Part shown: in pieces, positions 47,491 to 52,017 of the stretch
Layout: every line of letters begins with the position of its first letter
How positions within the stretch are numbered: the stretch's first letter is position 1
Sequence record: SRR2962707_859
DNA: 52,017 nucleotides
Strand: one strand, 5' to 3'
Translations under genes and position numbers: made by a program
Notes under the pieces: generated by a model
The model's database searches: none
Told to the model about the DNA's origin: nothing
The model's input: only the letters and a program-made list of their open reading frames with translations

Positions 47491-50400
47491 TTAATCCTTA
47501 ATCTCAACTATCCTCCCTGGTGTCCAAGGCGCCTGATTCGCGTCTAATTCTGCATTGATCGCCGGTACATCTTCATTCATAATCGTTTTCAAACTTTCAA
47601 TTACCGGGTTAAGGTATTTTTCTGCTATCGCTTTTACCTGCTTTGAGGTTTCCGTTGGATCTGCAAGGCTTGATGTTCCTGTCCAGATTGCAGTATTTAC
47701 CCGGCTCGCCAAGGAAGGTGCCTGGTCAATTTCCAACTGATTCTTGATTGGATCTCCAAACATAATCATCTGAATTTCTTCAAGCTTAGCCTCCATGTCA
47801 ACAATCTTTTCATTCAGAGAGGTGCTTCTTACAATTCTGGCAGCAGCCTGATAATATTTCACTGCCTCCTGTAGCTGATCATAATTTCTCCTTGCGCTAT
47901 TCGCTGATTTAGAAAGCTGCATCAACTGCTGATGAAAAGCCAGCATTGCTGCCGGATCAGCCGGAGGTAGCGTTTGATTATCCAGTGTTTTTACCTCGAA
48001 AGAAACCGGATCAACCAGCTTGGTCACTACACCATCAATGCTTTTTGCCAGCTCGACAGTATAAGTTCCGGGAAGAACCATAATACCGGATTCTAAGTTT
48101 TTCACTGGATCTGCGAGACTTGTCTTTACCTCGTCTATCATTGGGTATTTCAGATCCCAATGGACTCGATTGATACCTTCCGAAGCACCAGTTCTTATTT
48201 CATTTACCATTTCTCCATTCGCATCTTTAATGGTAAAGATTAAAAATGGTTTCTCCTCGTCTTTCTCTGCTTTCAGAGTTTCATAGCTTGTATAATAAAC
48301 GGTCTGTCCATCCTTTCTTTTTTCGCCCTCCGCTTTTTCCCTCTTGCTTTCCAGTGTTTCGTATTTTTCTTTCAAATAATAAGTAAATGCAGCACCAAAA
48401 GGTGGATTTTCTCCCAAGTAGTACGTCTCTCCCTGAAATCCCTTAGGCCCCAACCATGAGATGGTTTTACTAGCGGCAATCGGACTATAAGGCTCATACT
48501 GCAATGCCTCAGAAACCGGAAATATGTGGGCTTCTTTTTGAAGCAGCTCATTGGATAGGTCTCGTAGTGCTGAATAGTCATCCATGATATAAAACCCACG
48601 GCCAAACGTGCCAAGCACCAAATCCTTTTCTCTTTCCTGAATGTTGATGTCGCGGACAGCAATTGTTGGTAGTCCCTTAGACAGTTTCTGCCAGTAGTTG
48701 CCTCCATCCAGTGTTGCAAAACAGCCAAATTCAGTGCCAACAAACAGCAAGTTTCGTGCGTCCGGATCTTCTGCTATTGCATAGGTAGAGCCCCTTTCAG
48801 GAAGGTTAGCATTAATAGATATCCAGCTTTTACCCAGATTTGTGCTTTTCAAAAGATATGGCTTAAAGTCACCTCTTTTGTGATTGTTGAAAGCGACATA
48901 AACAGTATTTATGTCATGTGCAGATGCAATAATCTCGTTCACGTATGTCATATCAGGTACACCCGGAAATGAACTGTGTTTTGTCCAGTTCTCACCACCA
49001 TCTTGTGACACATGAATCAGTCCATCATCTGTACCCGCATAGAGTAGGTTTTCGTCCAATGGAGACTCTGCAATTGCTACAATATTTCCGTATGGAGTGG
49101 TAGACTGATTCTTCGCAACCGCATCCATCGGCCAGACTTTGCCCATCACTTCCAGTCTATTGCGATCAATTTGTCGCGTCAGATCACCACTCACTTCTCT
49201 CCAGGTTTGTCCTCGATCATCGCTACGATGTAATCGATCCGAAGCATAGTATAGTCGCTTATTATCGTGATTGCTGATTAGCAATGGCGCATCCCAGTTC
49301 CAGTTGTATGAGTAATCTCCATCCGGTGGCTGAGGCACGATGTTTTGTGTTTGTCCGGTCTTGCGATCGAAGCGTGACAGATTGCCGTACTGTGATTGGC
49401 TGTAAATGATGTCCGGATTCTCTGGATCTACATGCGGCTCAAACCCATCGCCAAGGGTTGTTACAAACCAGTTGCGGTTGGTGATACCGGTCGTTTCGGT
49501 AGTTTGAGATGGACCTCCAAGCGTAAAGTTGTCCTGTGTTCCACCATACACATAGTAGAACGGGTAATCGTTGCTGACTCCTAATTTATAAAACTGCGTC
49601 ACAGGCAAGTTCGGGAAGAAGCGCCAGGTTTTTCCTCTGTCCCATGATTCGTAAACTCCACCATCATTTCCATTTAGCAAATAGTTTGGATTGTTCGGAT
49701 CAATCCACAATGCATGGTTGTCGATGTGTTTATTCTTTTCGCCAACATTGCTAAAGGTTTTGCCTCCATCTTCAGATACTCCAGCAAAGGTGTTCATCAC
49801 ATAAACCAGATCAACATCTACCGGATCAGCGATGACCTCCTGATAGTAGTTACCACTTGACGAATAATCACTCCTTCGTTCCCACGATTCTCCCAGGTCA
49901 GTGGAGCGGTAAAAACCACCCTTATCTTCCTGAGCTTCCACTACTGCATAGATGACATCTGGGTTGGCCGGTGAAATATCCAGTCCAATTCTTCCCAAAT
50001 CTCCACCTGGAAGTCCTTTGTTGATCTTTCGAAAATTCTTTCCACCATCTGTCGATTTATATACAGCAGATTCAGGTCCGCCGCTTATATAGGTGAATAC
50101 GTGACGTCTTCTCTGGTGCGCGACAGCATAAACCACATTTGAATTTCGTGGGTCAAGATGCACTTCGTGAATCCCTGTATGCTCGCTGATGTCCAATATT
50201 TTATTCCAGGTATTTCCTCCATCAGTGGTTTTGTATAGCCCACGATCACCTCCCGCACTCCAAACGGGACCCGTGGCAGCTACATAGACCACATCCGAAT
50301 TGGTAGGATCAATGGCAATCATACCAATGTGCTCTGAATTTTTTAAGCCTTTGTGTTCCCAGCTTTTTCCGCCATCCACACTTTTGTAGATGCCGTCTCC

Positions 50401-50781
50401 ATAGGAAACACTTCGCTGGTTGTTGTTTTCACCGGTCCCAACCCAGACCACATTGTGGTTGTTGGGATCCATCTCTACCACCCCAATCGAGTAAGAGCCC
50501 TGATCGTCAAAAACCGGATCAAAGTTGAGTCCCCGGTTGGTGGTTTTCCATACACCACCAGCCGCTGTTGCGACATAAAACTCACTCGGATTATCGGGAT
50601 TAACCGCAAAGTCAGCTATTCGACCAGAGGTAAAAGCCGGTCCGATAGAACGGAAGGATAGGCTATTCCAGGCGACATCATAGACTGGTGGTTTTTGTTC
50701 GTCTTTCTTTTGGGCAAAAACGAAGCAAATCGAGAGAGATAGAATGAACGAAAGTGAAGAGTAAAAGACTGATTTTTTCAT
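47491..50781 (-). CDS. Exported VPS10/BNR (Asp-box) repeat protein, glycosyl hydrolase-like
   Basis: Signal peptide; RSIGPAFTSGRI, many S-x-D-x-G-x-x-W repeats, GGTQDN, GTFGRG; helical C-terminus. Confidence 0.88.
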   Translation of the reverse strand: MKKSVFYSSLSFILSLSICFVFAQKKDEQKPPVYDVAWNSLSFRSIGPAFTSGRIADFAVNPDNPSEFYVATAAGGVWKTTNRGLNFDPVFDDQGSYSIGVVEMDPNNHNVVWVGTGENNNQRSVSYGDGIYKSVDGGKSWEHKGLKNSEHIGMIAIDPTNSDVVYVAATGPVWSAGGDRGLYKTTDGGNTWNKILDISEHTGIHEVHLDPRNSNVVYAVAHQRRRHVFTYISGGPESAVYKSTDGGKNFRKINKGLPGGDLGRIGLDISPANPDVIYAVVEAQEDKGGFYRSTDLGESWERRSDYSSSGNYYQEVIADPVDVDLVYVMNTFAGVSEDGGKTFSNVGEKNKHIDNHALWIDPNNPNYLLNGNDGGVYESWDRGKTWRFFPNLPVTQFYKLGVSNDYPFYYVYGGTQDNFTLGGPSQTTETTGITNRNWFVTTLGDGFEPHVDPENPDIIYSQSQYGNLSRFDRKTGQTQNIVPQPPDGDYSYNWNWDAPLLISNHDNKRLYYASDRLHRSDDRGQTWREVSGDLTRQIDRNRLEVMGKVWPMDAVAKNQSTTPYGNIVAIAESPLDENLLYAGTDDGLIHVSQDGGENWTKHSSFPGVPDMTYVNEIIASAHDINTVYVAFNNHKRGDFKPYLLKSTNLGKSWISINANLPERGSTYAIAEDPDARNLLFVGTEFGCFATLDGGNYWQKLSKGLPTIAVRDINIQEREKDLVLGTFGRGFYIMDDYSALRDLSNELLQKEAHIFPVSEALQYEPYSPIAASKTISWLGPKGFQGETYYLGENPPFGAAFTYYLKEKYETLESKREKAEGEKRKDGQTVYYTSYETLKAEKDEEKPFLIFTIKDANGEMVNEIRTGASEGINRVHWDLKYPMIDEVKTSLADPVKNLESGIMVLPGTYTVELAKSIDGVVTKLVDPVSFEVKTLDNQTLPPADPAAMLAFHQQLMQLSKSANSARRNYDQLQEAVKYYQAAARIVRSTSLNEKIVDMEAKLEEIQMIMFGDPIKNQLEIDQAPSLASRVNTAIWTGTSSLADPTETSKQVKAIAEKYLNPVIESLKTIMNEDVPAINAELDANQAPWTPGRIVEIKD

Positions 50782-50970
50782 GGGACTAATTCAGGTTAAA
50801 TGGAATAAAGAAAGGTAAGAAAAAACTTCAAAAGAATAGGAAACCATTACATGAATGGCAGCTCAGGCTGACATTAGCTATATTTATTGATCTTATGAAA
50901 TACACCTTCATCACGTTCAATTTTCAAGACAAGGTTGAAAATGAACTCAACAAATAACCTAAAATCAATC

Positions 50971-52005
50971 ATGAAATCCATTCTTAAAATTGGCCTGATA
51001 TTTATTTTACTGAGCTGCTCAAAAAAAGACCTGAGTCCACAATCCAGATTGTTACAGGTTCCAACCAACTCCCACTTACAGGCTATCAGTATTGTGGATG
51101 AAAACACCACTTGGATTAGTGGACATGATGCCACATTTGTACTGACGAAGGATGCAGGTGAAACCTGGGAGCTTTTTGCTCATCCAACCGGAGACTCCCT
51201 CCAGTTTCGAGATGTTCATGGCTTCAATAATGAAAAGGCTATTCTGATGACAGCCGGGGCAGGTCCACTTTCTCGAATCTTCACCTTCACGGTTCCTGAT
51301 CAATGGGAAGAGAATTTTGTGATGGAAGATTCACTCGGATTTCTTGATTGCATAGATTTCTGGGATGATCAAAAAGGCATTGCTTACGGTGACGCAATAG
51401 ACAATTATCCCTACATTTTGCTCACTTCAGATGGTGGTAAAACATGGAATAGAGCCGACTCTACAAACATGCCAAAAGCAGGAAAAGGTGAAGGCGGATT
51501 TGCAGCAAGTGGCACTTGTGTAACGACAGGTGAAAACGGAAAAGCCTGGATCGCTACCGGAGCAGGCGGTAACTGTAGATTTCTGATCACCGAAGATTAC
51601 GGACAGTCCTGGAAGGAAGTAGACTCTCCTCTTGTAACCGGGGATGCGGCTGGCAATACTTCTGTATCATTCATTGGAGATGTTGGGGTTGTTACGGGTG
51701 GTGATCTCCTGATCGCAGATGATTATACGGATAATTGCGCCTTTTCAACCGATGGTGGGGAGACATGGAACCTTTCGGAAAAACCACAAACCACTGGCGC
51801 TTTTTATGGAAGTGCAATTACAAAAATTGAGAATCAAACGTTGGCTTTTGCAAGTGGGCCAAAAGGAATTGACTACACAACAGATTTAGGACGGACCTGG
51901 ATCACTTTGGATTCCACCAATTACTGGGCGATTAGTATCAAAGGAAATATCGGATATGCGAGTGGTCCGGCTGGAAAAATTTTGAAGATATCTTTGCAGC
52001 CATGA
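50971..52005 (+). CDS. BNR/YCF48-like repeat lipoprotein
   Basis: Start MKSILK with lipobox LLSC; T-x-D-[AG]G-x-TW repeats, QFRDV, EGGFAASGT. Confidence 0.85.
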   Translation: MKSILKIGLIFILLSCSKKDLSPQSRLLQVPTNSHLQAISIVDENTTWISGHDATFVLTKDAGETWELFAHPTGDSLQFRDVHGFNNEKAILMTAGAGPLSRIFTFTVPDQWEENFVMEDSLGFLDCIDFWDDQKGIAYGDAIDNYPYILLTSDGGKTWNRADSTNMPKAGKGEGGFAASGTCVTTGENGKAWIATGAGGNCRFLITEDYGQSWKEVDSPLVTGDAAGNTSVSFIGDVGVVTGGDLLIADDYTDNCAFSTDGGETWNLSEKPQTTGAFYGSAITKIENQTLAFASGPKGIDYTTDLGRTWITLDSTNYWAISIKGNIGYASGPAGKILKISLQP

Positions 52006-52017
52006 GGCGACCAAGAA

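Noticed and set aside
71-51303. Many 60-200 aa ORFs antisense to or nested in long genes (e.g. 30067..30663, 35011..35487, 38086..38568, 41755..42213)
   Set aside because: They shadow well-supported genes and show no recognisable motifs.

Overview
AT-rich bacterial chromosomal window. Gene content and Bacteroidota-type TAnnTTTG promoters point to Bacteroidota, probably a free-living Cytophagales member (inference). The left 22 kb is mostly housekeeping: glyQS (5'-truncated), dgt, an MMPL transporter, type-2 ileS with a GIHH motif, lspA, ftsY, rpmG and rpmB split by two peptidase genes, and rocD. The best candidate for an undescribed system is 22.6-34.4 kb. Two TPR sensor kinases with near-duplicate kinase cores and a LuxR regulator precede an exported beta-propeller, an exported WD40-caspase (C14, intact His/Cys dyad), a small exported protein with a candidate Arg cleavage motif, and a CHASE2-like membrane protein with no output domain. 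A bioBFDA operon follows, with C/G-rich REP-like palindromes at every junction, one apparently translated into BioA. At 42.6-47.4 kb is a tandem array of constant-anchor, variable-body membrane proteins (DUF6090-like) with a decayed member and a cruciform element. Two stand-alone C2-like proteins are also present. No rRNA, tRNA, CRISPR array, transposase or integrase was recognised. Family and DUF names are from recall, not from searches.
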